Shown piece by piece: positions 7,243-16,656 of a stretch of DNA of 64,000 nt. Origin of the DNA: a virus. Taxonomy: Duplodnaviria > Caudoviricetes. Location of the stretch: the IMG/VR virus record IMGVR_UViG_3300001765_000076, positions 1 to 64,000 of that record; one strand, 5' to 3'. Each line of letters opens with the position of its first letter. Position 1 is the first letter of the stretch. The translations under genes and the position numbers were made by a program. The notes beneath the pieces are model-generated. The model was not told where the DNA came from. It did not search any database and worked only from the letters and a program-made list of their open reading frames with translations.

Positions 7243-7986
7243 ATGAATAACAACAAACTCTACGGAGCAATTTTAGGTGATTTATGTGGTCAACCTTTTG
7301 AATTTGCAAAACATACTGGCTATAATAAACCAATTATATTACATAATGAAGATTCTGTATTTACAGATGATAGTGTAATGACTTTAGCAACGGCTTTCGC
7401 AATTATGGAAAATATTAGTTATGAAGCGGCTTATAAATATTTTGGTGAAAAATATACCAATGTTGGTTATGGTAATCATTTTGCTAAATGGTTGAAATTT
7501 CCAATGGGTTCAGTAAATAACTCATGGGGTAACGGAAATCTAATGCGCTGCTCACCAATACTTTACACTTTTTATAATGATAAAATTTTTAGAGAAGCAA
7601 ATATTGGAGCGAGTTTACTTAATTCACATAATACGAGAGAAAGTGTTCTTACATGTTTGCAATTAGATGATTTGTATCAAAATGGTAATGAGAATTTGAT
7701 AATCTCTAACATTGAAGAGCCAAAAACATTTTCTAAATTTGAGGTAGAAGCAATTCCAACCATTAAGTTTGTAACAGAAGTTTTTTGTTACACTAATTCA
7801 ACACATGAAGCTATTTTAAAAGCTGTTGAATGCGGTGGTGATGCAGATACGAATGCGTCTATAGTAGGGGAATTATCTAATCACACATATAATGATTTAG
7901 ATGATAATGATATTAGTTATGTTGAAAATAAATTAGATTCTTTTTTATTAGATGTTTTAAAATCTTTTAATGAATTTTGCAGATGA
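7243..7986 (+). CDS. ADP-ribosylglycohydrolase (DraG/ARH family)
   Basis: GAILGDLCGQPFE, FTDDSVMT, GNGNLMRCSP, GGDADTNASIVG motifs. Confidence 0.9.
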   Translation: MNNNKLYGAILGDLCGQPFEFAKHTGYNKPIILHNEDSVFTDDSVMTLATAFAIMENISYEAAYKYFGEKYTNVGYGNHFAKWLKFPMGSVNNSWGNGNLMRCSPILYTFYNDKIFREANIGASLLNSHNTRESVLTCLQLDDLYQNGNENLIISNIEEPKTFSKFEVEAIPTIKFVTEVFCYTNSTHEAILKAVECGGDADTNASIVGELSNHTYNDLDDNDISYVENKLDSFLLDVLKSFNEFCR

Positions 7987-8153
7987 AAAAAGTAGATAGA
8001 AGTCAGATGATTTTTCATGCTTGGATTAACTTTCCAAACAATTCTAATAGAAAATGTACTAGGTGTGGAGTTACACGAAAACTGACTCGTGGAAAGTGGA
8101 TTTATTGTAAAGATGGTGTTGAATATAAAGAATTTATAAATTGTGTAAAATGA
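7983..8153 (+). CDS. 56-aa Cys-rich hypothetical protein (absent from the ORF track)
   Basis: MKKVDRSQMIFHAW...KCTRCG...YC...NCVK*; ATGA overlaps at both ends. Confidence 0.55.
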   Translation: MKKVDRSQMIFHAWINFPNNSNRKCTRCGVTRKLTRGKWIYCKDGVEYKEFINCVK

Positions 8154-8683
8154 AAACAATAGAAATTTCAGTTGAAATGTTTGATTCCTTAATGGAAATA
8201 TCAAACGAAATAAAAAAACAAGATAATAGATGTACCGCTAGTCCGTATTATTATCAAATTCAAACAGATAAAGAAGTAGCCACCTACGGTGATAATGGTG
8301 ATGTTATTTGGGTATCTGATTGTGATGGTGATATTGTACTAAGAACAGATGAAGAAATAAAAAGCTGTTTATTAGAAGCTTTCATGGAGAGAGATGAGTT
8401 TAAAGATCTTGATGATGAAGATGCATTATTTGAACCAACAAATAGATATAACTCAATGGACGATTACGATATTGAAAACTATTTGGAAGATAATGGTTAT
8501 AGTAAATATAATGTAACTACCGAACATAGTTACGAAAATGTGTTCTTTACTGAAAAAGCTTGCGAGCAACATATAAAAACTAATAAACATAATTTAAATA
8601 AACCAGTTAGTTATATAAATCATGCTTATCGAAACCCAGAAATGGAAACTGTCATAAAGTTTCTACGTGATTTGAGTAACTAA
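8150..8683 (+). CDS. acidic hypothetical phage protein
   Basis: ORF of about 177 aa. Confidence 0.7.
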   Translation: MKTIEISVEMFDSLMEISNEIKKQDNRCTASPYYYQIQTDKEVATYGDNGDVIWVSDCDGDIVLRTDEEIKSCLLEAFMERDEFKDLDDEDALFEPTNRYNSMDDYDIENYLEDNGYSKYNVTTEHSYENVFFTEKACEQHIKTNKHNLNKPVSYINHAYRNPEMETVIKFLRDLSN

Positions 8684-8707
8684 CTAGATATTATGTAGTT
8701 ATACAGA

Positions 8708-8732
8708 GGGTACTCATTGAGTACCTTTTTTT
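8708..8732 (+). terminator. intrinsic terminator
   Basis: GGGTACTC-ATT-GAGTACCT followed by a T run. Confidence 0.75.
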
Positions 8733-8764
8733 AGTTTATAAAACAATTAAAAATAAATTTCAAT

Positions 8765-8773
8765 ATATTTATA
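8765..8773 (+). promoter_or_regulatory. putative late-promoter motif ATATTTATA
   Basis: 16 nt before ATG 8790; one of nine copies. Confidence 0.6.
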
Positions 8774-8789
8774 GTAAAAATTATTTTAA

Positions 8790-9575
8790 ATGCAAAAAGA
8801 AAAAGTAGTGGATTATCTATATGATATATTCAACTCAAAGAAAAACGGAGTACAAGAAGAAGGCATCAATAAAATGATTTCTAAGGCTGTTACAATGCTT
8901 TCTGAGTTATATGGGGTAGATGTATCAGAAATAGAAAAATCGTTAAAATTAGGGCAGCAAATAGAGCAAGAACACACTAAGGTTGATGTTCAATTCCAAA
9001 AAATTATAGCATTACAACATTTAGCTGAAAAATTAGATTATTATACTGGTAGTAAACCAAAAGATTGGGCTGAAAAAGAACTATCTACGGAGAAGTCTGA
9101 ACGGTTAAACGAGGTTAGAGAGATGTTTGGTAGATTATTGAGAGATGAAAAATTTATTTTTGGGAATTTGGACGAGGAGAAAGGGAGTAAATTGAACGAA
9201 AATAAACAATTTTATAAGCTATTGAGTGGTGATTTAAATACGTTGAAAATGGATGAACAGTACGCCCACGCTGAATTATCTTTCGAACAATTGGAAGATG
9301 GTGAAATGGCTATATATTTATCTGAAATTTGGAGCGCTGTTAGAGGTAACGGTTATGCAACTAAATTATTAAATAAAATAAAAAATATTTGTCTGAAGAT
9401 GGATGTTCCTTTGTGTTTGAGAGCATCCACAACTAATAACATTAAAACAAATGGTGGTGGTTTGAACCAAAATGATTTAGTTAAGTGGTATGAAAAAAAT
9501 GGTTTTAGAGTGGCTGAGAAATACAATAATTTTGAAACAGATTCGACTGCGCCATTTATGATATTTAATTATTAA
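8790..9575 (+). CDS. DUF5661-like domain fused to a GNAT acetyltransferase
   Basis: GQQIEQEHT...IIALQHLAEKLDYY; C-terminal RGNGYATKLL (GNAT motif A) and LVKWYEKNGF. Confidence 0.7.
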   Translation: MQKEKVVDYLYDIFNSKKNGVQEEGINKMISKAVTMLSELYGVDVSEIEKSLKLGQQIEQEHTKVDVQFQKIIALQHLAEKLDYYTGSKPKDWAEKELSTEKSERLNEVREMFGRLLRDEKFIFGNLDEEKGSKLNENKQFYKLLSGDLNTLKMDEQYAHAELSFEQLEDGEMAIYLSEIWSAVRGNGYATKLLNKIKNICLKMDVPLCLRASTTNNIKTNGGGLNQNDLVKWYEKNGFRVAEKYNNFETDSTAPFMIFNY

Positions 9576-9631
9576 TATAAAGTCATTAACAACAAAAATT
9601 GCACCATTATCAATATAGATGATAATAGATC

Positions 9632-9675
9632 AAAAAAAATGAGCAACTACTTGATTGATAGTTGCTCATTTTTTT
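9632..9675. terminator. bidirectional intrinsic terminator
   Basis: A8-TGAGCAACTA...TAGTTGCTCA-T7 between convergent genes. Confidence 0.85.
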
Positions 9676-9677
9676 AT

Positions 9678-10862
9678 TTAGTTATTGTTTTCTTTGATCC
9701 ATTTATTATAATACTTTATCTCCTTATCTCTCAATGTGTTAAACGTAGAAAAGAAATTAGCAAATTTGTTAGCATCTAATAATTCGTCGATACCATATTT
9801 TACAACTAATTTGTAGAGGTTTTCTAGGTTACGCCCTTCTGGATCTATTGGAGAGTCCATAATAGACTCTACCTCTTCAATGTCAGACTCTATTAATAAC
9901 GGAGTTCTAAGATTTATTATCTTTTCATTTATTTCAAAGACGTTTCCATCGTGTACGCAATTTGATGTTTGGTTTAATATATTTTCATATACTTTTAAAG
10001 GTTTCTTCTTTTCTATAGTCCTTTCCTCTGATAGAACTTTAACCCTGTCAATAACCTCTTCTATTTTAACTTCCCTTGTTTTTAGTTCTGGTATTATGTT
10101 AAATAGTGTGTCGGTTCCAAGTTGAGATATTCCTTTAATACAGTCAGATGAATCACCGCAGAGCTGCTTTAATAGTTTGATATTCATATAATTATAACCA
10201 ATCTTTTTATTAAAATTTTCACTAGATAGGAATAATTTCTTTTGAGGTGAATAGATAGCAACACCATCTGGTTCGATTAACTGTGCTAAATCCATATCGG
10301 ATGATACGATTACTAGTTTTTGATTTTCTTTTCTTTTTGTTACAAAATACCCAATAAAATCATCACCTTCAACAAGGTTAGCCGTACATTCGCGCATAAA
10401 TAACTCCTGAGCAAATTCCTTGATTATATTGAGACCTCTATAGAATTCTTCTTTTTGGACTAATTGTTCTGGCGTTTTTTCTTTCTTTGGTTTTTTATTT
10501 ATTACTTTTTTACAAAACTCATCCATTTGTTTGTAATAGTCTGAATCTCCAGCACTTTTATGATATGATTTGTCGCGATTACTTTTGTAAGGGTTATATA
10601 ATTCCCAGCGTCTAAACCCACTGTCTGGCCCATCAAAAAATAGATATACCTTAGAAAAGTCTCGTTTCTGTAATAGTATTTTTATTTGTAAAAAAAATTG
10701 AAATATACCACCATAATGTTCGCCTCTACTATTTGTTCTCTTATCACCATGGAAACATGTTTCTCCTAGACTATTTCCATCTACTAATAAAATGTATTCA
10801 ACTTTTGGTACCTCTATTTCTGGGTGTTGCTCTCTAATTTTATTTGGAATTGGTTGGCTCAT
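9678..10862 (-). CDS. 5'-3' exonuclease / T4 RNase H-like flap nuclease
   Basis: LLVDGNSL, FFDG, R-x5-YKSNR, EGDDFIG, VSSDMDLAQL, GDSSDCIKGI. Confidence 0.9.
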   Translation of the reverse strand: MSQPIPNKIREQHPEIEVPKVEYILLVDGNSLGETCFHGDKRTNSRGEHYGGIFQFFLQIKILLQKRDFSKVYLFFDGPDSGFRRWELYNPYKSNRDKSYHKSAGDSDYYKQMDEFCKKVINKKPKKEKTPEQLVQKEEFYRGLNIIKEFAQELFMRECTANLVEGDDFIGYFVTKRKENQKLVIVSSDMDLAQLIEPDGVAIYSPQKKLFLSSENFNKKIGYNYMNIKLLKQLCGDSSDCIKGISQLGTDTLFNIIPELKTREVKIEEVIDRVKVLSEERTIEKKKPLKVYENILNQTSNCVHDGNVFEINEKIINLRTPLLIESDIEEVESIMDSPIDPEGRNLENLYKLVVKYGIDELLDANKFANFFSTFNTLRDKEIKYYNKWIKENNN

Positions 10863-11296
10863 TTTTTAAATCCCTCTATTTTATATCTAAATTTATTTTT
10901 AATTTCTCTTTCTAATTCAACAACTTTCTGTTTCGTCATATGTATTTTTAAAATAATATCAAATGTTTCTCGGTTGTATTTAAGAAAACTGTTGTTTGCG
11001 CTTCTTGCTGCTCTATACATCTTACCGTCTCTCACTAGCTCAAACTCTATATTTGAAAGCGTTTCACAATGCTTATCGCCAAAACATAATGGTGATTCTT
11101 TATAAGTTAGTTTTATATTTTTAACTAGTGGATTCGTATCTTCAATCATTTTTCCGCTTTCTATATCAAAGTAATGTGGATAATTATAAACGTAACAGTC
11201 ATTATAATTTCTTTCATTTTGTTCTAAACCTTCTAATAGTGCATCACATAGCTTTTGTTCGGTACCATTATTGTGATAATTTATTTTATTTTCCAT
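10859..11296 (-). CDS. hypothetical protein
   Basis: 145-aa ORF overlapping the next start. Confidence 0.65.
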   Translation of the reverse strand: MENKINYHNNGTEQKLCDALLEGLEQNERNYNDCYVYNYPHYFDIESGKMIEDTNPLVKNIKLTYKESPLCFGDKHCETLSNIEFELVRDGKMYRAARSANNSFLKYNRETFDIILKIHMTKQKVVELEREIKNKFRYKIEGFKK

Positions 11297-11326
11297 ATTT
11301 AATTATTTATTAAATGATATTTTTTT

Positions 11327-11680
11327 TTACCACGCACTATCTGGAAATATTTTTCTAATTAGTTCTTCTGTTAAAATATTTCTACAACTTTTACTAAGGG
11401 AACCAATAAGTCTTCTATTAAACCTAGCATTTTCACTTATTTTGTATTCTACATATTTTCTATTACTCAATAATTTAGTTTCTGATAATAGTTCTTTACG
11501 TTTAAAATAATCATTATTTAGGTGATATGCTTTCTGTCCGTCTATACCATCGAATATAAATATTAATTTTCCATCTAGATAATTTCTTATTTCATCTGAT
11601 AGTTTCCAATCTTTATTATTTCTAGCTTCTTCTCTAATATAGATTAATTGAGAATCATACATATGTTCAAATATATTCAT
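11327..11680 (-). CDS. stand-alone cysteinyl-tRNA synthetase C-terminal (anticodon-binding)-like domain
   Basis: IREEARNNKDWKLSDEIRNYL...IFIFDGIDG resembles CysRS R-x-EAR-x2-KD(W/F)-x2-ADEIR-x2-L...D. Confidence 0.65.
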   Translation of the reverse strand: MNIFEHMYDSQLIYIREEARNNKDWKLSDEIRNYLDGKLIFIFDGIDGQKAYHLNNDYFKRKELLSETKLLSNRKYVEYKISENARFNRRLIGSLSKSCRNILTEELIRKIFPDSAW

Positions 11681-11824
11681 ATTTTCTTCTTACATTTTAA
11701 ACATTCGTAATTTATTTTTATTGATTTTCTAACACCAAACATGGTTATAACTGAATCCACCATTTTTATATTTTTAGGATCGCAACCACCAATACAATAG
11801 GTGGATTTTGGTTTAGGTGGTTCT

Positions 11825-12130
11825 TTAGTCTTCTTCATTTATTTTATAACTTAACTTGCTGTGTATTATTCGATTTACTTTACAATTCAAGTCGTACTTT
11901 AAATATTCACCATTTTCGTAAATGTACCTACAGTGATAAAACGTTGCACTTTTTGTAATTATTTCAGTAACTTCATTACTCGGAAATATTTCTATTTGTT
12001 TCTTCTTACCAAAAATAGTTTTAAATACAAGAGTTGCTCTAATAGTTAGGATACCATGACTATTTTTTAATATGTTTCCATAATTTAATATCTCTACTTT
12101 TTCTAATTTCATTTCAATTAAGTTTATCAA
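11825..12130 (-). CDS. hypothetical protein
   Basis: ORF track. Confidence 0.55.
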   Translation of the reverse strand: MINLIEMKLEKVEILNYGNILKNSHGILTIRATLVFKTIFGKKKQIEIFPSNEVTEIITKSATFYHCRYIYENGEYLKYDLNCKVNRIIHSKLSYKINEED

Positions 12131-12473
12131 TTATCGCCATCATTTCTTGAATCATTTTTAAAGCCTCAAGTTTTGTAAGATATATTCTATAATTTTCATC
12201 GCACAATTCAGTGATCTTTATTTTATTTCCATTTTCAGATAACCCAAATTTAAAGACACATTCTTCTTCTATGTTATTTAGAATTGTTTCTTGTTTATAT
12301 TTCAGTCTATCATGCCTCGTGTGTCTATCACCGCACTTTACACAAGTACACTGATTTTTATCTTTATAATCTTCTGGGTTATCCGAGTAAAAAACATAAG
12401 CCATTAGTGTTGTAGTACATTGATTATCACCACACTTAGGACAATACTTATGTTCTGAATTATAAGCTTTCAT
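12114..12473 (-). CDS. zinc-ribbon hypothetical protein
   Basis: CPKCG...CTCVKCG. Confidence 0.65.
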   Translation of the reverse strand: MKAYNSEHKYCPKCGDNQCTTTLMAYVFYSDNPEDYKDKNQCTCVKCGDRHTRHDRLKYKQETILNNIEEECVFKFGLSENGNKIKITELCDENYRIYLTKLEALKMIQEMMAIIDKLN

Positions 12474-12529
12474 AAACTCTTAGTATTTATCCTTGCTTTT
12501 AATTGTTAAATTTTCTTGTTCTTCTTTTT

Positions 12530-15007
12530 TCATTTCACCTCAATTTTATTATTATTCACTATTACTTTAAAAACATAACCATTTTCTAGTTCTTCACCTA
12601 AATATAAGTCAACAATATCATTTTCAATTTCATTTTGGATAACTCTATTTATTTTTCTTGCGCCACTAGCTTTATCCTCAACCACCATCTTTAATAGATA
12701 ATCAACTACCCCATCGCCAAATTCAATATCGTAATTAATTTCGTTTACTCTATGTTTTAATTTAACTAATTCTAATTCAATGATTTGTTTTAGTTCATTG
12801 TCTCCTAGGTTATTGAAATGTATTGTATCATCAATACGACCTAGAAATTCTGGGCTAAAATGGTTTTTGATTGATTTGTCTACAATGCTTTTTTTATTAT
12901 CATCAACTACGGAACCGAACCCAACGCTTTTACCTAGTGATACAGCATCTTTCGCCCCTAAATTTGATGTCATTATAACTATAACATTCCGAAACGATAC
13001 TTTTATACCCATAGCATCGGTAAGTACACCATTATCAAGTACTTGTAGGAACATTTGGTACACTTCCTTATCAGCTTTTTCGATTTCATCTAGTAATAAC
13101 ACACAATATGGTTTCTTTTTGATTGCTTCTGTTAGTAGACCACCCTGTTCGGCATTGGCATATCCATAGTTACTACCGATGAGCTTATTCACGCTAGTTT
13201 TATCAGCATACTCACTCATATCAAATCTAACCAAAGCACCTTCACTACCAAATATTTCATCGGCTAACTTCTTAGCTAACATCGTTTTTCCAGTTCCTGA
13301 AGGGCCAATCATAAGTAAGGAGGCTATTGGCTTGTTTTTATTACCTAAACCCATTCTACCTCTTTTGATAGCTTTGGCCACTGATTTAATGGCTTCGCTT
13401 TGACCAATAACACTTTCCCCTAATTTCTTTTCGATATCCATATATCTTTGTTTATCTGATTTTGATAATTTAGTAATTGGAACACCAGTCATTTCGGAAA
13501 CTATATTATAAACATCGTTCTCGTTTATTTGCTTTATGTTTTTCTTTGATTTTGATTTCAATGATTTTTCTAAATCAACTATCTTACTTTTAATATCATT
13601 ACATTTTGAATTATAATCATCACCTAGTTTATAATCATCTATTTTCATAGCTTTATCTCTCTTGACTTGATTAGTAACTAATTCCTTTTTTAAATTTGTT
13701 AACCCACTGAAATCTAATTCAATAACTTTCTTTTCTGAACCGCATTCATCCATAATATCAATTGCTGAATCTGGTAGTTGTCTTTCAGTTATATATTTGT
13801 TTGCCAATGAAACACATGCTTTTATAGCTTCAACACTATAAATTACGTTATGGTATTCCTCGTAGTATTTCTTTGAATTAAATAATATCTTTTCCGTTTC
13901 CTCTATTGATGTTGGTTCAATTACTATTTTTTGAAATCTTCTGCTTAACGTTGAATTATTTTCAATGGCTGATTTATATCCACTAAAGGATGTTGTTGCA
14001 ATTACTTGGACACTACTGTCTGATAGTGCCGTAGATAGTATTCCAGCGATATCTGCTGCTTGATTTGAATTACCACCCAGTACCGTATGAATATCATCAA
14101 TAAACAAAATAAATTCCTTATTATCTTTTATCTCATTGAAAACACTGTTAAGTCTATCCTCAAGAGCCCCTCTAAATGTAGTACCAGCTATTATACTGGT
14201 CATATTCAAAGATAAAATAACTTTACCATTTAGGAACATAGCGTCATTGTTTTCAATTTTGTTAGCTAATCCGCTGATTATCTGTGATTTACCTGTACCA
14301 GCATTACCAACTAATATCAAATTATTCTTATTCCTTCTACCAAGAACTTTAATTAATCTTTTTACCTCTACCTCTCTACCAATTAGTTCATCTATCTTAC
14401 CCTGTTGAGCCAAAGTGTTTAAATTCACACAATACGTCTCAACCATAGTTTTCTTAGACTTATTGTTTTTCAATTGACCAATAACCGAACCACCAAATGA
14501 CTCAGCTCTTTTATCTTTTGAATCTATTGACTTTAAATCTTCTACCCTTAGTTTGTTGATTTCATTGAAATAGTTATTATAATCAACTCCTATAACCTTA
14601 AATCGTTTAATTGGGTCTCTATCTCCAGCTAAAATAGCCAATAAAATATGTTCACTACCTAGTTTTGGATCAGTTAACTTATCTTTCTCAATACTTGAAT
14701 CTAATAAATATTTACTTAATTCAACATCAAAACCGATTTCTTTATTAGCTTTCTTAGTTGGTAATGGTTTAACGGTAGAACTAACCTGAGCTAGGAATTT
14801 AGCGTAAAAATCATGCAATGAAACAAGTGAACTTTCCTCTACATAACTCAATAATATCTTATATGCGTTTGATTGCTTTGATTGTAATACTGCTAATATA
14901 AAATAATCAACTGTAATATTTTTAGTTATTGGATAATCCTCTACTAATTCAGTTTGTGTCAATAACAAAACCCTCTTCAACTCACTTGTATACAACTTTT
15001 CTTCCAT
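12530..15007 (-). CDS. clpC: ClpC/ClpA-family AAA+ ATPase
   Basis: Clp N-domain (EHILLAIL), LIGREVE, two Walker A motifs (GNAGTGKS, GPSGTGKT), RRFQ, RFDMSEY, VLLLDEIEKA, ClpP-docking VGF loop. Confidence 0.92.
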   Translation of the reverse strand: MEEKLYTSELKRVLLLTQTELVEDYPITKNITVDYFILAVLQSKQSNAYKILLSYVEESSLVSLHDFYAKFLAQVSSTVKPLPTKKANKEIGFDVELSKYLLDSSIEKDKLTDPKLGSEHILLAILAGDRDPIKRFKVIGVDYNNYFNEINKLRVEDLKSIDSKDKRAESFGGSVIGQLKNNKSKKTMVETYCVNLNTLAQQGKIDELIGREVEVKRLIKVLGRRNKNNLILVGNAGTGKSQIISGLANKIENNDAMFLNGKVILSLNMTSIIAGTTFRGALEDRLNSVFNEIKDNKEFILFIDDIHTVLGGNSNQAADIAGILSTALSDSSVQVIATTSFSGYKSAIENNSTLSRRFQKIVIEPTSIEETEKILFNSKKYYEEYHNVIYSVEAIKACVSLANKYITERQLPDSAIDIMDECGSEKKVIELDFSGLTNLKKELVTNQVKRDKAMKIDDYKLGDDYNSKCNDIKSKIVDLEKSLKSKSKKNIKQINENDVYNIVSEMTGVPITKLSKSDKQRYMDIEKKLGESVIGQSEAIKSVAKAIKRGRMGLGNKNKPIASLLMIGPSGTGKTMLAKKLADEIFGSEGALVRFDMSEYADKTSVNKLIGSNYGYANAEQGGLLTEAIKKKPYCVLLLDEIEKADKEVYQMFLQVLDNGVLTDAMGIKVSFRNVIVIMTSNLGAKDAVSLGKSVGFGSVVDDNKKSIVDKSIKNHFSPEFLGRIDDTIHFNNLGDNELKQIIELELVKLKHRVNEINYDIEFGDGVVDYLLKMVVEDKASGARKINRVIQNEIENDIVDLYLGEELENGYVFKVIVNNNKIEVK

Positions 15008-15043
15008 TTAATTTAATTCAATGTTTATAATCTAATTTCACCT

Positions 15044-15075
15044 CAAATGTACGAAAAATAATTGAGAAAACCAAA
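15044..15075 (-). promoter_or_regulatory. Bacteroidetes sigma-type promoter for clpC
   Basis: minus strand TTTGGTTTTCTCAATTATTTTTCGTACATTTG. Confidence 0.8.
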
Positions 15076-15184
15076 TAACTTGTGAATAAAAAATCCAGAA
15101 ACATTAAAAACATCTCTGGATTTTCTTGGTTTCAAACTATTAATCGACAACTACCACCAAAAACGGTAATGCTGATTTCACGCT

Positions 15185-15586
15185 TTAAACAAATAAAACG
15201 GACTCATCATAAATTAATTGACACCCATCACATAAAATAGCATTACCCAGTTTAAAAATACCCTTACTAGTAATAAGACTTACATTACCTAACTCAGTTA
15301 CTGGTAGTAAGTCTGTAAATGTAATATCATCATATAAAATTGGTAACCATAGGTAATCACCACTTACGTAGTCATCATCTCCATCACCAGTAAATCCTGG
15401 GTCAGCTTCATCTTCGTTACTAATTTCAGCAATTTCTGGTAGGGTTTGGTGCGTTAAATAAATTGGGTTGTCATCATCTTCTCTGATAATGGTTGATTGA
15501 TAAATTGTGTGAGATGTTGATAGTAAATTTAATTTACTCAATTTTTCTAATCTCTCTTCTGTAAATACTTTTTCTAATGTTATCAT
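15185..15586 (-). CDS. acidic hypothetical protein
   Basis: 133-aa ORF. Confidence 0.65.
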   Translation of the reverse strand: MITLEKVFTEERLEKLSKLNLLSTSHTIYQSTIIREDDDNPIYLTHQTLPEIAEISNEDEADPGFTGDGDDDYVSGDYLWLPILYDDITFTDLLPVTELGNVSLITSKGIFKLGNAILCDGCQLIYDESVLFV

Positions 15587-15627
15587 GTTTTTCTTGTTTT
15601 TTTATTTTTAATTATTTTGATTTTATT

Positions 15628-16032
15628 TTATGATAATAATTTTGCTGAACTAAATTTTAAAGATTTATCTTCTTTGGATATTAAAACTGAATTTAACCCA
15701 AAGATATTATCTACGGTGATGAAATAGGCCTTGTCTAGTTCTTCTGATATAATAGTGGGATTTAAAACTTCAATATCTTTCCAATGAGACTCCCCATTTG
15801 GTTCGTAACCCTTTGTCTCCGATGTTACCTGAAATTCCTCGATTTCTAATTCTAATGTTGGATTGTCTAAATGTTGAATAATTCTACAAGCCTTGTCTTT
15901 TACATCTACATTATTTAAAATAATCGATGTTTTGATTGTACTGTAGTGACTGTTACACGCTTCTAGTAAATCCATGATTGCCTTGATAGGCCTTTCTGAG
16001 CCGATGGCTTCCTTTAATTTCTTTTCTGTCAT
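15628..16032 (-). CDS. hypothetical protein
   Basis: ATG 16032 after an A-rich leader. Confidence 0.6.
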   Translation of the reverse strand: MTEKKLKEAIGSERPIKAIMDLLEACNSHYSTIKTSIILNNVDVKDKACRIIQHLDNPTLELEIEEFQVTSETKGYEPNGESHWKDIEVLNPTIISEELDKAYFITVDNIFGLNSVLISKEDKSLKFSSAKLLS

Positions 16033-16325
16033 TTTTTTTTTATTTTTATTTAATTGTTGTTTCATTTTTGTAATCTCCACCAGTAGTACGTCTAATGATT
16101 GTTTCTAATATGTTTTTATCGTAGTATGTGGTTCCAGCAAAATAATCATCTTTCTCTGTCCAATCACTCCAACTAAAAAATTTTTTAGGAATTTTAAAAT
16201 CCCATAGAACTGTTAGTAATTCTAGTGCTATGAACGGGATTACTTCTACTAAAGTAAATGTTGAAACTAAGATAAACCAAAATGGGTAGAGTGCATATTT
16301 CCTATATTTTCTTTCTAATTTATCT

Positions 16326-16357
16326 CAAATGTACGAAAAACTTTTGAATAAACCAAA
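16326..16357 (-). promoter_or_regulatory. Bacteroidetes sigma-type promoter
   Basis: minus strand TTTGGTTTATTCAAAAGTTTTTCGTACATTTG. Confidence 0.8.
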
Positions 16358-16457
16358 ATGTTAGAGGTTAAATGATGTTAAAATTTTATAACTCATGTGT
16401 TTAGGTGGGTTTATGAAAAATAAATGTTGGGAAATGGTGAAAAAAATATATTAGACT

Positions 16458-16466
16458 ATATTTATA
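16458..16466 (+). promoter_or_regulatory. putative late-promoter motif ATATTTATA
   Basis: 24 nt before ATG 16491. Confidence 0.5.
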
Positions 16467-16490
16467 TAGAAATAATAAAAACTAATAAGT

Positions 16491-16655
16491 ATGAAAAAAG
16501 AAGGATTAAAAGGATTTCTATTGCAATTAGATGAAGATGTTTATAATGAATATCGTGAATTGTGTAAAATAAATGGTATGAACATGAGTCAGAGACTTAG
16601 AAATATGGTAGAGAGAGAAATAAAAGCATTGAAAAAAATGGTGGAGGATTTATAA
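16491..16655 (+). CDS. 54-aa ribbon-helix-helix-like DNA-binding protein (absent from the ORF track)
   Basis: MKKEGLKGFLLQLDEDVYNEYRELCKINGMNMSQRLRNMVEREIKALKK: beta-strand, helix, G-x-(N/S)-MS turn, helix. Confidence 0.65.
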   Translation: MKKEGLKGFLLQLDEDVYNEYRELCKINGMNMSQRLRNMVEREIKALKKMVEDL

Positions 16656-16656
16656 A

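Noticed and set aside
8681-8701. TAACTA...TAGTTA mini-palindrome resembling attC ends
   Set aside because: It is only 21 bp, has no inner arms and sits next to an ordinary terminator.
16046-16324. 92-codon open frame (membrane-like) right after the 16326 promoter
   Set aside because: There is no ATG, GTG or TTG near its 5' end. It could be a decayed gene, but it cannot be called.
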